Below, one piece after another: positions 1 to 12,429 of a stretch of DNA of 64,000 bases. The DNA lies in NCBI GenBank assembly GCA_030704615.1, contig CM060731.1:53506001-53570000 (forward strand). The letters run 5' to 3'. Origin of the DNA: Takakia lepidozioides. Its lineage: Eukaryota > Plantae > Bryophyta. Every line of letters starts with the position of its first letter. Positions within the stretch are counted from its first letter, which is position 1. The notes beneath the pieces are model-generated. The model was not told the DNA's origin and did not search any database. It saw only the letters and a list, made by a program, of their open reading frames with translations. The position numbers and the translations under genes are program-made.

Positions 1-1138
1 CCGTCTTAGTTAGGATACAGAGTCTGATATTCTTGTGCTCCTGAGTTCAGTCGGCCTGAGAAGCTCTCACCCCAAATCTGTCCAGCGAGTAGACTGTATA
101 CTGTCTGTGTTTCTGAGAAACAAGAACATTTGCACAGCTTTGGTGGAACCATGTTCTTGTTAACCGTCCCCAGCCTTCTCTGGCAGAGAAACCATTGGTC
201 CTATTTCCCTTTTTGGTGTAGGGTAGCTTCTTTGACCACGGTTTGTTTCGGCCCCAGCTTTACTTCTATTTCTGGTTCTTTAATTTTGGATGTGCATTCT
301 TCTTTTTGTTGATGAATGTGCTGACCCAGAACTCATGTTCCTCCCTGCTACTCAAAGAATTGGATTGTATTGTAAGCATTTGAAAGGTATTAAGATCTAT
401 TTCCTCATTTTGTGTCCAGGAGGCTTCAATGCGTTCATGGTTATGGATGTCCACTAAAGTTGTTTGGTGGCATCAGCAAAAGAGAGGATTCCATCTCCAC
501 CTCACTGTGAAGTCATGTGTCCTGTTTAGTATTGGACCATTCAAAGTCCATTCACGGCTCCCTGGATTTTGTAAGAGATCAAGAATAGTCTGAAGAGTAG
601 AGCAGATATTATCACTTTATTAACAAGACTCTTGTAGATTGCATGGAGTCTCCAACTGCAACCAATCTATCAAGTACGCATTTTCAATTTGAAGGTCGTT
701 GACATATTATTGATGCCCTGGATGAGGAAGGCCATTGGAAACGGTGACTGTGGAGATCCTAGCTATCTTGGATGTTCACTGTACAGGGCGGTTAAGGAGT
801 GTGGTAACTTGATTAGGAGGAGGACAGTCTCTCTGGATTTGGAACCTTGGAAAGAAGCAGGAATGAAGCCAGGAGAGAGAGAGTTCAAAAGCGTGACTGA
901 AATTTGGAGGATACAGCCTGCCGAGGACCAGCATGCTACTTGTAAGACTCAGAGATCCTTGATTAGGTTAGGTGTGAGATAAGACTCTGAGAGGGAGGGC
1001 CAGGTTTGATAGTATCAACTGTAGAAAAGTGGAGTTAGGGCCAAAAGCCGAACACAAGGAAACCGTGAGGTGAAAGACTGGAGGACAGGTCTGTTTTGCA
1101 GAGAGGAGAAAAAGAGGGGCATATATATAGCAGGCAAG

Positions 1139-4100
1139 ACGGGGTCCCTCTGCTGTGTGGCCGCAAGGCCCCATGGATCAACTGTGAGCCATGATGGATG
1201 GTCAACCGGACCACAGGAGCCCCATTGGCGCAGCAGTGGGGGCTTTTCTCCCACTGTCTCCAGCAGTCTGGGGGAGAATAAAGTGGACCCAGAAGCTGCG
1301 GCGACTGCTTCTCACTCTGTTCAGTTACATCAAGCATCTTTGTCTTCAAGCAGTAGGGGAAGCAGAAGTGGGAGTAGGATGGGCAGTTCCCGGTTTCTGG
1401 GCCATCAGCGCACTCTCTCGGAGAACTGGTTTTCTCGTGGTGGCAGTCCTTCCGATAGTTTCCGTACAAATTCCTGGAATCCTCTGGCTTCCTCCAGCGG
1501 TCACATGGGAGACTTCATTATTGCGGCCTCGGGTACGTGATCTCTTCCTGAGCTACAAGTAAAAGAAAGAGAGATGCATGGAGACTCGGGATGAATAGTG
1601 TTGTGGGCTGTGGCTCAGGATGGCTTTGACATTAGGTGGATATACAATGAGTTCACTGAGGGTCAAGAACCATGTCCAAATTCTGTAAATAAACTTGGTA
1701 TTCGGATCGGTTTCACTCCTTCCTTCTGCAACCCGGGTTATTCATAGGACATGCATAAAAGAGCCCTGGTAGGCGTGAGATGCAAATGCAGCTGGCTGGT
1801 AGGGAGTAGGGGTTCCACCCATGCAAGGCAGATAGAGCAGTATTTTACCTTGCTTACTGAATTGCTTTTACTACTTGGTCATTATCCATGGGTTGACTGC
1901 AGATCCAGCATCAAGCCCTTCCATCACCATAGCTTCTTCAAAAGAGGTCAGTATTCCGGGATGTTCCTCCATCAGAGTATAGCCTGAACGCTCTCTCTCT
2001 CTCTCTCTCTCCCTCCCTCCCTCTTCAGCAACATCAAGAACATGGTTCCTGCACCTATTTCACCAACTTTCAAAATCTTGAGGCTGAAGCCCTGTGCCCT
2101 GTTGGGGTGTTACTTTTGGGCTGCTCGCACACAGCAGATTGATGCTTGTGTGAAGGGCTTTCTAGAGGATATCTGGAAAACCTGAACTAGATGTTTATAT
2201 CAAGGTAAATCACACTACTGGAGTGAGTCCCTCACAAAGGTAGTGTCTATTCCCTATGTTTCTGTCCAAACTGGGCGTGGGGTCTATGGCCAGAAGGCTA
2301 CGTCAAACAAAGTCTTATGCGTACATTCTCTATCTCTCTCTGGACCTCCCATAGATGGATTGATGTTCTACTTATGTTTATTTAATACACACACAATGTC
2401 TGGTCTGTCCATCTTTGTGACTGGATATCATTCAGTAAACCTTGCAACTAGCTACATCTGGTCCAGGTGGGAAACTGCAAGAAGCCTTCAGGTGGCACGT
2501 CTTGTTACTGTACTCGTTGCTGGAAAGCTAGTCTTTTTTTGCTTGAAGACAACTTTAAAGTTATTATACTGCACACGGCAAACATGACTTGTTTTCTGAA
2601 GTCCAGGTGGACCCCGGTTCATGGTCAAGGGAACTGCCCTGGCATCCAGGTGGTAGTTCCTGATTTCATGCTAGCTACAGCAACAAGAAACCTTTTAGAT
2701 GTGTTTATTTGCATAGCTTGTCTAGTGTCTGCCAGTTTTGACAAACTCCTTGGCGCACCTTTTACATAGTAGGGCAGGGGTTTTTTTGTAAGCGACTGAG
2801 ATGTCAGGATACAAGAATGCAACTGGAAGAACAGGAGTATTTCCCATCTTTTCTTTGAATTAGAACCTTATCTAGCGGGGTAGCCCCTGCAAATCCTCAT
2901 AACCGAAACAACTTGTTGGGTTGGGCAGGGCTGTGTATCAGCCAGCCTGTCTACACCTTCCAACACTCCAGAGTCTACACCCTCTTACCCCAATGTAGAG
3001 GAGAACCCACCGACTCCTCCCGCAGATGTGGCCCAACCTTCATGTTCGCAGCGCAACGTGGCAGCCAACTACTCATTGCAATCCAAGCCTTCTTTTCCAA
3101 CTCCTAACCATCCTCTCACTAGGCAGGCATCTGACAGTCATATCCATGCTGTGGGTACCAGTCGAATGCCCATCTCTGAGGGTCGGCGGTCCCTACATTG
3201 GTCTGGCAGTAGCGGAGATTCAGTGTGGGGGACACCTCTGACTGGTGGTCAATGCAGACATTCTCTGAACTGGTTGCATCATCACGGCGAGAACGTTTAC
3301 GTTGGACAAGTGCAAGCAGTCCATCCGATTTTGGCTGGGGTTCGGTTCGTGAGGGTGTGGAGAGGGCAGCAGGGTTGCTGGCTATGGAGAGGATCAGGGC
3401 TGGAAGCTCCCAGGCTGCTGGCTCTCCCCGCTCTGAGGTATTAACATTCACTTGTCTGCCTATTACCATCTAGTGCCAGTTTGCAATATAAGATTCACTA
3501 TATTATTGGTGGAGGTCTTAGGTCTTGTAATTCCAGTGGAATTATTTAGCGACCATTTCAGGTCAACCCCTGTGATGTTTACAGTGGTTAATGTAGTATC
3601 AAGTAAAATAAAAACATGGTCTGACCAGGGGTCGGAGTAACTTCTAGAAATAGGAAAGATCATGTCCACCAGTTGCTCTGTATCTTATCTGACCTGTCTG
3701 ATTTGAGAATTGTCAGACAGATTATTTCTTATGAGAACAAAATTTGGATAGTTGACCTCAGTTGATCTGTATGAAGTGGATTGAGATCTTACTCTGTCTC
3801 CATATTCTCTCTAGGCACCATTACTCATCTCTTCTCATTGTTCTTAACTTTCCTCCATCAATGGTCTTTTGCACGGTTCTTGTAACCCAACCCTTCTCCT
3901 CCTCAAACTCCACTATTGCTGGTACTCCTTGACAGATGGTTATATTGCCATCACATTTTTCAGATTTGTGGCGTGTGCTCTCGAATGCTGACACAACGGT
4001 CGCCCTGGAGCTCATTTCGCATGGTTGGAAGTGCCGATTGCACTGTAGTTGGAGTCCTTGTATGTGGTCATGTCTACCATGTTGAATGCCTGGAGCAAGC

Positions 4101-4608
4101 CACCCCTGAATCCTTTCGCCAAGACCCTAACTGTCCACAGTGTGGGACTGCCGAGAAAGCTTCAGCAAAGGTAGTGAACACCCTGGAGCCTGGAAACCTC
4201 ACAAAAGGGGGAGGTTTGAGAACAAATGGTTCACTTTCCTCCTCAAGCTCTAGAAACAAGCTCTCTAGAATTGGAGTTGTGAACGATGACATTGCCGAGC
4301 CCGAGTTTCTTTCTTATGGAGCAGAGCTACATGGGAGTGTGAAAGGGACACCGTTGTGTGAAGGAGAAAAGTCGTGGCCACAACCAGTCCTGACTCGAAG
4401 TGAGGGGCTACACCCAAACAGAGCTCTCTCGCGGAAGCAGTTTTCTTTCAGGAATTGTTCAACAAGAGAGTCTAGCAGTGACTCCAAGTGGAAAATGCCT
4501 GCTTCTCCAGTGCAAGTGTCTTCAGACAGTTCCTCTCTGGAGGAAGCCACCCCTCTGACCCACTTGAAAAAAGGGTCAGACACTTTGAGATTGTTGAGAA
4601 AATGGTAG
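1139..4608 (+). CDS. Plant RING-H2 zinc-finger protein of the MGSLCCVAAR / WSMQTFSELVASS family; 4 exons (1139-1532, 1903-1946, 2929-3437, 3964-4608); ACG at the expected start and a 1-bp frameshift near 3227-3231, so possibly a pseudogene
   Basis: Exon 1 reads (T)GSLCCVAARPHGS..WSTGPQEPHW. Exon 3 has LTRQASDSHI and DWWSMQTFSELVASSRRER in two different frames. Exon 4 has CGVC...VGVLVCGHVYHVECLEQATPESFRQDPNCPQC. All junctions are GT-AG and phase-consistent except exon 3, which is 509 nt where 510 is needed. Confidence 0.85.
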
Positions 4609-5820
4609 GTGTCGGGCCCTTATGCTGGTGTTTTGTGTGGATATTGCAGCCTGTACCGTGGTTGAAGCTTCAGTTCTGAGTTCTTCATCTGCAGTTCTGC
4701 AACATCTTGCAGTTGGGAAGGCTTAGTTCTCATGATTTTATGCTCCACCTGGGGATGTATGGCTTCATAAACTTCTGACATTGTGGCAGAAAGTTGAATT
4801 TTCAGGAGGAGGTGAGGTGTCAAATGCTGACTCTGCAAGCATGGAAGCAGAGTAGAACAAAGAGATTGTCCAAAGGTTGGGATAGAGAAAAGGGTAAAAG
4901 AAAGACTTTATTCACGAAGAAAGTTGGGGTTTATTTTTTGTAACACCCCTCTCCAGCTGAATCCTGGGCACACATCCCAATATGCCCAGTTCAAAAGCAT
5001 GGGTCTATTTCTTTTCAAGAACAGTAGAGTTGTGGTAATTTAATTGTCAATGTGGGTGCAACCCTTGATTATCCATCCATTTGACTATGGGGCTGGGAAT
5101 GGCCCACAATCTTGTGAAGTTGTTCGTGGGTATTTGTTTAGCAGCAAATGGACCCTCAGAGCTGCTCTGGCTCGAGTATGGTGCCGAACTTAAAAAGGGA
5201 TCGATTATGCCCATTCACTTTGCGCCAAAGTTGAATCAGTGGATATCGGGTGAACACTCTGGATTAGGTGAGCGAATCTGGCACGATTCTAGTGCCTGAA
5301 CGGATAAACAATTTCAGTACTCTTAAGAGGAAGACGGTTGATGAAAGTTTTTAGCATTGGAGAAGGAGGGAGCACATTGCTGCCAAGGACGTCGCTCCCT
5401 TGAAAGGAATTGTCCAGAATTGAGGTACATACCAGCTTGAGATCCAATCGTCATGGAATGTAATATATCTATCTATATACTGTAACTCGCAACTAGGTTC
5501 ATTATGTTCAGAGTCTACGTTGAACATGCTTGGTTTTGCATGTCATTTATCTGTTGGGTGGTAAGATTGGAGACAAGTTAAATGTCTGGCATAATAGTGG
5601 GGATGAAACCTTGAGTGGGGTGCTCCTTCAGCCATGTCAGATTGTGTTTTCAATGAGATACGATACACTCAAGTTGACTACTAGAAGCAGACAGCCAGAC
5701 ATATGTGGGGAGCAGTGTGATTCTGGGCTTGGTCACAAGGTTGTGAGGGGGAATAGGACTTACCCAGCATGCACAGAGAGGAAAGAGAGAGGGGCCTTTC
5801 TACATATACAATAAAGGCAC

Positions 5821-7545
5821 TAGAGTAGGTAGCCCAATGGTTGGATGTAGGGTTCAAATTTCCACTTTCCAATGGAAGGTGGTCGTCCTTTGGGCACTAG
5901 AATTTGCACTTCCTTTGGGAGGAGTCCTCTTTCGTCTTTATGCAATAGAGCTATGGTAGCCTAGTGGTTGGATGTAGGGTTCAAATTTCCACTGAAAGGC
6001 GGTCGTCCTTTGGGCACTATAATTTGCACTTCCTTTGGGAGGAGTCCTCTTTCTTCTTTATGCAATAGAGCTAAGGTAGCCCAGTGGTTGGATGTAGGGT
6101 TCAAATTTCCACTTTCCAATGGAAGGGCGGTCGTCTTTTGGGCACTATAATTTGCACTTCCTTTGGGAGGAGTCCTCTTTCTTCTTTATGCAATAGAGCT
6201 AAGGTAGCCCAGTGGTTGAATGTAGGGTTCAAATTTCCACTTTCCAATGGAAGGTGGTCGTCCTTTGGGCACTAGAATTTGCACTTCCTTTGGGTGGTGG
6301 GATGTAGGGTTCAAATTTCCACTTTCCAATGGAAGGTGGTCATCCTTTGGGCACTATAATTTGCACTTCCTTTGGGAGGAGTCCTCTTTCTTCTTTATGC
6401 AATAGAGCTAAGGTAGCCCAGTGGTTGAATGTAGGGTTCAAATTTCCACTTTCCAATGGAAGGTGGTCGTCCTTTGGGCACTAGAATTTGCACTTCCTTT
6501 GGGAGGAGTCCTCTTTCGTCTTTATGCAATAGAGCTATGGTAGCCTAGTGGTTGGATGTAGGGTTCAAATTTCCACTGAAAGGCGGTCGTCCTTTGGGCA
6601 CTATAATTTGCACTTCCTTTGGGAGGAGTCCTCTTTCTTCTTTATGCAATAGAGCTAAGGTAGCCCAGTGGTTGGATGTAGGGTTCAAATTTCCACTTTC
6701 CAATGGAAGGGCGGTCGTCTTTTGGGCACTATAATTTGCACTTCCTTTGGGAGGAGTCCTCTTTCTTCTTTATGCAATAGAGCTAAGGTAGCCCAGTGGT
6801 TGAATGTAGGGTTCAAATTTCCACTTTCCAATGGAAGGTGGTCGTCCTTTGGGCACTAGAATTTGCACTTCCTTTGGGTGGTGGGATGTAGGGTTCAAAT
6901 TTCCACTTTCCAATGGAAGGTGGTCATCCTTTGGGCACTATAATTTGCACTTCCTTTGGGAGGAGTCCTCTTTCTTCTTTATGCAATAGAGCTAAGGTAG
7001 CCCAGTGGTTGAATGTAGGGTTCAAATTTCCACTTTCCAATGGAAGGTGGTCGTCCTTTGGGCACTAGAATTTGCACTTCCTTTGGGTGGTGGGATGTAG
7101 GGTTCAAATTTCCACTTTCCAATGGAAGGTGGTCATCCTTTGGGCACTATAATTTGCACTTCCTTTGGGAGGAGTCCTCTTTCTTCTTTATGCAATAGAG
7201 CTAAGGTAGCCCAGTGGTTGAATGTAGGGTTCAAATTTCCACTTTCCAATGGAAAGGAGGTCGTCCTTTGGGCACTAGAATTTGCACTTCCTTTGGGTGG
7301 TGGGATGTAGGGTTCAAATTTCCACTTTCCAATGGAAGGTGGTCATCCTTTGGGCACTATAATTTGCACTTCCTTTGGGAGGAGTCCTCTTTCTTCTTTA
7401 TGCAATAGAGCTAAGGTAGCCCAGTGGTTGAATGTAGGGTTCAAATTTCCACTTTCCAATGGAAAGGAGGTCGTCCTTTGGGCAACTATAATTTGCACTT
7501 CCTTTGGGAGGAGTCCTCTTTCTTCTTTATGCAATAGAGCTAAGG
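5821..7545 (+). repeat. Tandem satellite, ~127-bp monomer with ~120-bp and ~84-bp variants; higher-order periods of 584 bp and 210 bp
   Basis: Repeated unit ggtagcccagtggttggatgtagggttcaaatttccactttccaatggaaggtggtcgtcctttgggcactataatttgcacttcctttgggaggagtcctctttcttctttatgcaatagagctaa. Identical spurious ORFs at 5968/6552 and 6084/6668 give the 584-bp offset; 7122/7332 give the 210-bp offset. Confidence 0.97.
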
Positions 7546-8497
7546 GAGGCCCCACTCACTGTTAGTGCAACATTTTTTATTTATTTTATTGGGTTGGGGA
7601 ACCAAGCCTTGAAAATAGATTGAAAAGGGTGGAGAAAATAACCACCATTGAAGCAGAAGGCGTACAGCATGCACTCAAACCCAAAAATTAAAAGTTGGGC
7701 CCCATTTGCTGTTATTGCACACAAGGTGGGTCTACAGCTCCGCTCAAGAACACACTGTGCAAGTTTTAAAAAGGTGTCACCCCTCAGCTGGTTGTTTATC
7801 CCAGGCGGGCTCAAAAAGGCCCTCGTATGCAACTCCTACGCTCCCCAGCCGACGAGACTCCGAGAGGGGCACCCCCCTTGACTTGAAGGTCGGCAGTTTT
7901 CTAGCAACGGTTATAAGAAGACCGGAATAGGGCTTGCATTGACGAGGCTTGCTTCGCCAAATGGGAGTTGCATGAGACTGATGTTGTGGTCATCAAACGT
8001 TCCGTATCAACCTGTGTCTGACAATCTCCTGATGGAACCCCCCATGGATGCCATAGCTTTGGAAAAATGATGTTGGGTTTCTCCACCGAGGTCAGGCAGA
8101 CAACCCCACAACAGCAGTTGTGCCAGCGTGGGGGCACAACAGCTATGACATGTCGAGCTGTGTTAGTGTTGGGAGCATTTGACGAGGCTGCCGGAAGGGG
8201 GGCGTTCCCGGCTGTACCTTGCGGGCCATACTTGTTAGCTCAAGCGTGCGCCATCAAATCAAGCCACAATGATAGAATGGCCACATGAGCAGGCCTCTGA
8301 TTTTTGTTGGTGGCCTCGTGTAATAAGGCTGCTCAGGTAGTGGGGCCTGCCACCTCATTACCATAGGCCCCCAACCACCTACATGCATGAGCTCAGAATT
8401 TTGTGTGGCCTCTGGTCAGAGAGGCTGGTCAGAGAGGCTGGTCAGATGATGGGGCCCGCCGTCTCATTAATATAGGAGCAAACTACCTTCATGCTTC

Positions 8498-9063
8498 AAG
8501 GACTTGGAATTTTTTTGGCATATGGAATTTACAATTACCTCCATGCAGGTAATTTTAGGATTTTCTACATGAAGGTAATTGCAAAACCTTGACTTCGAAT
8601 TTTTTTGGCATATGGAATTTACAACTTCCTCCATGCAGGTAGTTTTAGGATTTTCTACCTGAAGGTAGTAGTTGCGAAACCAAGCTGAAACTACCTGCTT
8701 GAGAGTAGTTACATACTACCTCCATGGGGTCAGCGCCAACCACGGGAACCGCATTCAGTGAATGGATCCTGAGACCTTGCATCACTTCATCACAATCAAC
8801 CTACCACCAGACCACAACCTCGTGCCAACTAGTTGTCGTTTTTTTGATATATAAGAGAAACAGGGCAATAGGGATCGTTTTAATGTAGTGGGGCCCGCTG
8901 TCAAGTCCCCGTCCCCTCTGCACCCTGCGACCTCATGACGACGAGGCCACACAAAATTCAGAGGCGCATGCATGTGTCAAGGACTTGAATTTTTTGGCTT
9001 AGGAAATTAATAACTACCTTCATGCAGGTTATTACAGGACTTCGGGCATGAAGGTACTTGTAA
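8498..9063. repeat. Three diverged ~90-bp direct repeats (8498-8588, 8591-8681, 8979-9063), probably subterminal sequence of a DNA transposon
   Basis: Shared gact(t/c)gaatttttttggc...tacct(c/t)catgcaggt...gaaggta sequence. Confidence 0.6.
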
Positions 9064-9799
9064 TACACAGAACTATCTTCAATTGCACTATGAAATCGCC
9101 AAATTTCTCCAAATAAAAAATAAATTATGGATGAATTCGCCAAATATGGATGATGGAACATAGGTGGATGAATTACAGTGGATGAACAGAATAAATGGCT
9201 ATTTCCTGCAAAACTCTGTAGCCACTCGTGCTATTTTCCAAATTTCTTAAAAAAAACACTGATCTTCATACAAATAAGTTAATGGGCCGGATTGGAGGCT
9301 GATGGTGATCTCCTGGAGGTTGCGGGTTCAATGCTAGAGAGGGTGGTTGGTGTTGATCACGCTCATCCTCAAAGCTTGCCACAGCTACCTATGGTCTATT
9401 GAATGTAATGTACTTGCCCATGCTATTTGTCAGGACCTGCCAGACTAATTAATTTTCTTGAAGTTGGGTCCCACAAGGTTTTTGGAATTTCTACAGTTCC
9501 GCCAGGACATTGTACGTAGATTCTCTGGGTACATGGCTCGCGCAATTGTAGCTAGTGAGGATATGATAGGGCACTTCTAGGGGTCGAATCTCTGTGACAT
9601 TCGGTATGGAGAGACTTCAATTAGAAATTATCAGACGGTCTATTTTTGGGTGTAATTATCATCGGACAGCAGCCTAGGCAGGTATGGTATAACAAAATAT
9701 GTAGGGGTTTAAATATAGTGGGGCCCGCTCTCAGGTCACCCTCCGCCTCTTCCGGGGTCTGCCCCTTGGGACCTCATTACGACTCTGCTATGTACAGAG

Positions 9800-10297
9800 C
9801 AGTGTTGGACTGGTATCAAGTTTTTTACATTCCAGTCTGGTCCTGGTACCAAGCGTATCACAAAGTTTTCATACCAGTCTGGTCTATATAATATATTTGT
9901 CCAAATACTGGTATGAGTATGAGTATCATGACCACAATACCAGCTGGTATGAGGTATCAACTCTGGTATCATCCTTTATGTGTATTGTATTTATTTTCAC
10001 TTGATATTTGCTGTTTGATAAACTTGTAATTCAAGATGGCTTTAGAAGTAAATATACATAAATAAAAATGTATAGGCAAATGTACACATAAATTAATATG
10101 GTACACATACCAGAGTAAATGAGGTAGACTGCTGGGGAGTACTGGTATTGTGGCTGGTATGAAAAAACTGATACCAGCCTGGTCTGGTATATGACCAAGT
10201 ATTCTCCCAAACGATACCAGACTGGTCTGGTATCTAATACCAGTGCATATACCAGTACTTTATACCGGTCCTTCACCTATATACCACTCCAACACTG
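9800..10297. mobile_element. hAT-type MITE (498 bp)
   Basis: TIRs CAGTGTTGGACTGGTAT / ATACCACTCCAACACTG (16/17 match). Perfect 8-bp TSD GTACAGAG at 9792-9799 and 10298-10305. Internal CTGGTAT/ATACCAG subterminal repeats. Confidence 0.9.
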
Positions 10298-10999
10298 GTA
10301 CAGAGACACATCAGCACCCTGATAGATACTTTGATGGCACTCACAACAACTGGTAATAGATATCACCTCAGAACTGGTTGTGGGTTCAATCCACCAATTG
10401 ATGTCACAAAGGTGTCAACTTTCAAGTGTCAACCTTCCGCAGTAAACCTTCTTGGAAACACCATAATTTACGCTTCCTTGGGGAGGCATACTATATATGT
10501 ATATATATAATATATGAAATATATGACGCCCCCTGGAGTTACACACCTCCTCCTGCAAACTCCATTGTTGAACTGGTATGTGCCAGTTGACCCGGGTATG
10601 TGCACTGGTATGAGTACGGGTATTGTAGAAAATACCAGTTAGGTATATCTTGGGGCGTATACCCCAGCTATACCCTGGACCCCGGGTTTTGAACACTGGA
10701 CCTACCCCCTTACCTACCATACCAGTCTAAGTATAAACTATTGTCCTACTCGGCTTGAGATGAGGATTGATGAACCCAAGCTAGGTGACATGGGTATGTG
10801 TAATGATACAATTTTTTTGTGCTTACCCTCGTTCACATTTGTGCAATGTAAAAATTTAGCACTATATCTTTGGGCTCCCAGCGGCTGGCATGAGCCGCTG
10901 GCATCTATCCCAACCACTACAACATGGATCACCATAATATAACCATGTACCAAAAATATAAATCTATAAATAACAAGAGGGGTTTGTGGGTACAAATAC

Positions 11000-11760
11000 A
11001 AGACAAATACCATAATATATAATGTAATTGTCGAAGGTACTAGCCATTAAAATATAACCATACCATTGCACATGTTGCCCCAATATGTCATTTGAGTTTT
11101 TGTCATACCCATGCCTAGGACCAGGGAGAGAGGCTCTCATGCCAGACAATGGATGATTTGGAGGTTCTTGTGGAGATGTAGTGGCCTTTCCCCATGAGTA
11201 ATCAAAGCTAGAGAATAGCTTCAATCTCCTTCCTTGCGCATATCTAAAAGAAATTGCACCCAATACCCGCCAAGCCTTACAAGCCTCAGACATTAAGTCT
11301 GACTGAACTCTGCACAACAATAGTTTTAAACAAGGCTGCACTCCTCCAAATACCAGCAAACATCTACTTTTCCACATGTTCCAAAGAGAGTGAGCTTTTA
11401 GAGCAGCCCAAACTGGACACGGCTCCATAGGCATGCAAATTGAGTAGCAACTTAGAAATGTCTAAGGATACCCTGGGTCCAGGCCACGGTAGAACCTACA
11501 TATGCGAAGCCAAAGGGCATTAAACGAGGCAATGCTCCAGGGTCTTAGACTGGCTGAAGTTGCAAACAAGACAATGCTCAGATGAAAGCAAAGACAGGCA
11601 AAATTCGATTAGAAAATTTTCACACCTTGACAGCTTGGCCGCTCTATCCTTTCTCCACACATCTTTCCAAATGGATTACTTGTTGGTAGGGAGAGAGGGC
11701 AAGTTAATGAATGGGTAGTTGCAGGCTACGGTGGACAAAAACCTGCGTAACATGGCAGTT
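11000..11760 (-). mobile_element. LINE (L1/Tx1-like) ORF2 3' fragment, zf-RVT and C-terminal region, degenerate
   Basis: SLWNMWKSRCLLVF motif and an upstream CxxC...TLEHCL..CP remnant, both typical of the plant LINE ORF2 C-terminus. Confidence 0.65.
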
Positions 11761-12429
11761 TCTGCAGTGACCCTCCATTCATTGTACCTTTTATAGTAAA
11801 ATCACAACTCAATATATTTCATACAAATTTATACGGTCTAAGATTTATAACAAGACATACTTCAAAAAAAATTATTGTAAAAAGAATCATCTATGAAAGA
11901 GCTATGGACTCTTAAAGTTGAATTTATGGACTGCAATGTTACATGAAAAACCGTATGGACTAAAAAACATCATATACACATAAGTAATAGCAAAAAAGAA
12001 AACACATTAGGGGTGCCATTAATTAAAGATACCCAAATGCACTTTTATATAGACTAAAAACATCAAAGAACGAGAGGTATGGACTAATTTATACTAAACA
12101 CTGGGCCAAACTGGGCCTATTTTCCTAATGTACATCATCCTCATTTAGAGGTTTTTGGGATATCTTCATTACTAAAAAAAAGTGTAAAAACCCATAATCT
12201 AGAGAGGTGTCAAGTGGTATATGGAAAAAATTCAAAAATCTCTAATTATTAGAAATAAAAAATGGTTTTTTATTTTTAGAATTAAATACTAAATTTTCTA
12301 ATAAATGAAATTCTAGCCTATTTGGGATGGGACTTTTTACTTTTTTTTTAAACAAATATTGTATTTATTCCAAAATTATGGGGAAAAAAATAAAACCCTT
12401 TTTTGCACCATGAGGGCTACACACTGTAG

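Noticed and set aside
1139-1141. C-to-U RNA editing creating the AUG
   Set aside because: Such editing is established for plant organellar transcripts, not nuclear intron-containing genes.
5821-7545. tRNA gene cluster, CRISPR array, or the repeated short ORFs as real proteins
   Set aside because: There is no cloverleaf, the A-B spacing is too short, and there are no unique spacers. The ORFs are by-products of the repeat.
9310-10410. B-box-like GGGTTCAAT motifs at ~9324 and ~10382 as tRNA/SINE genes
   Set aside because: No convincing A-box, tail or TSD.
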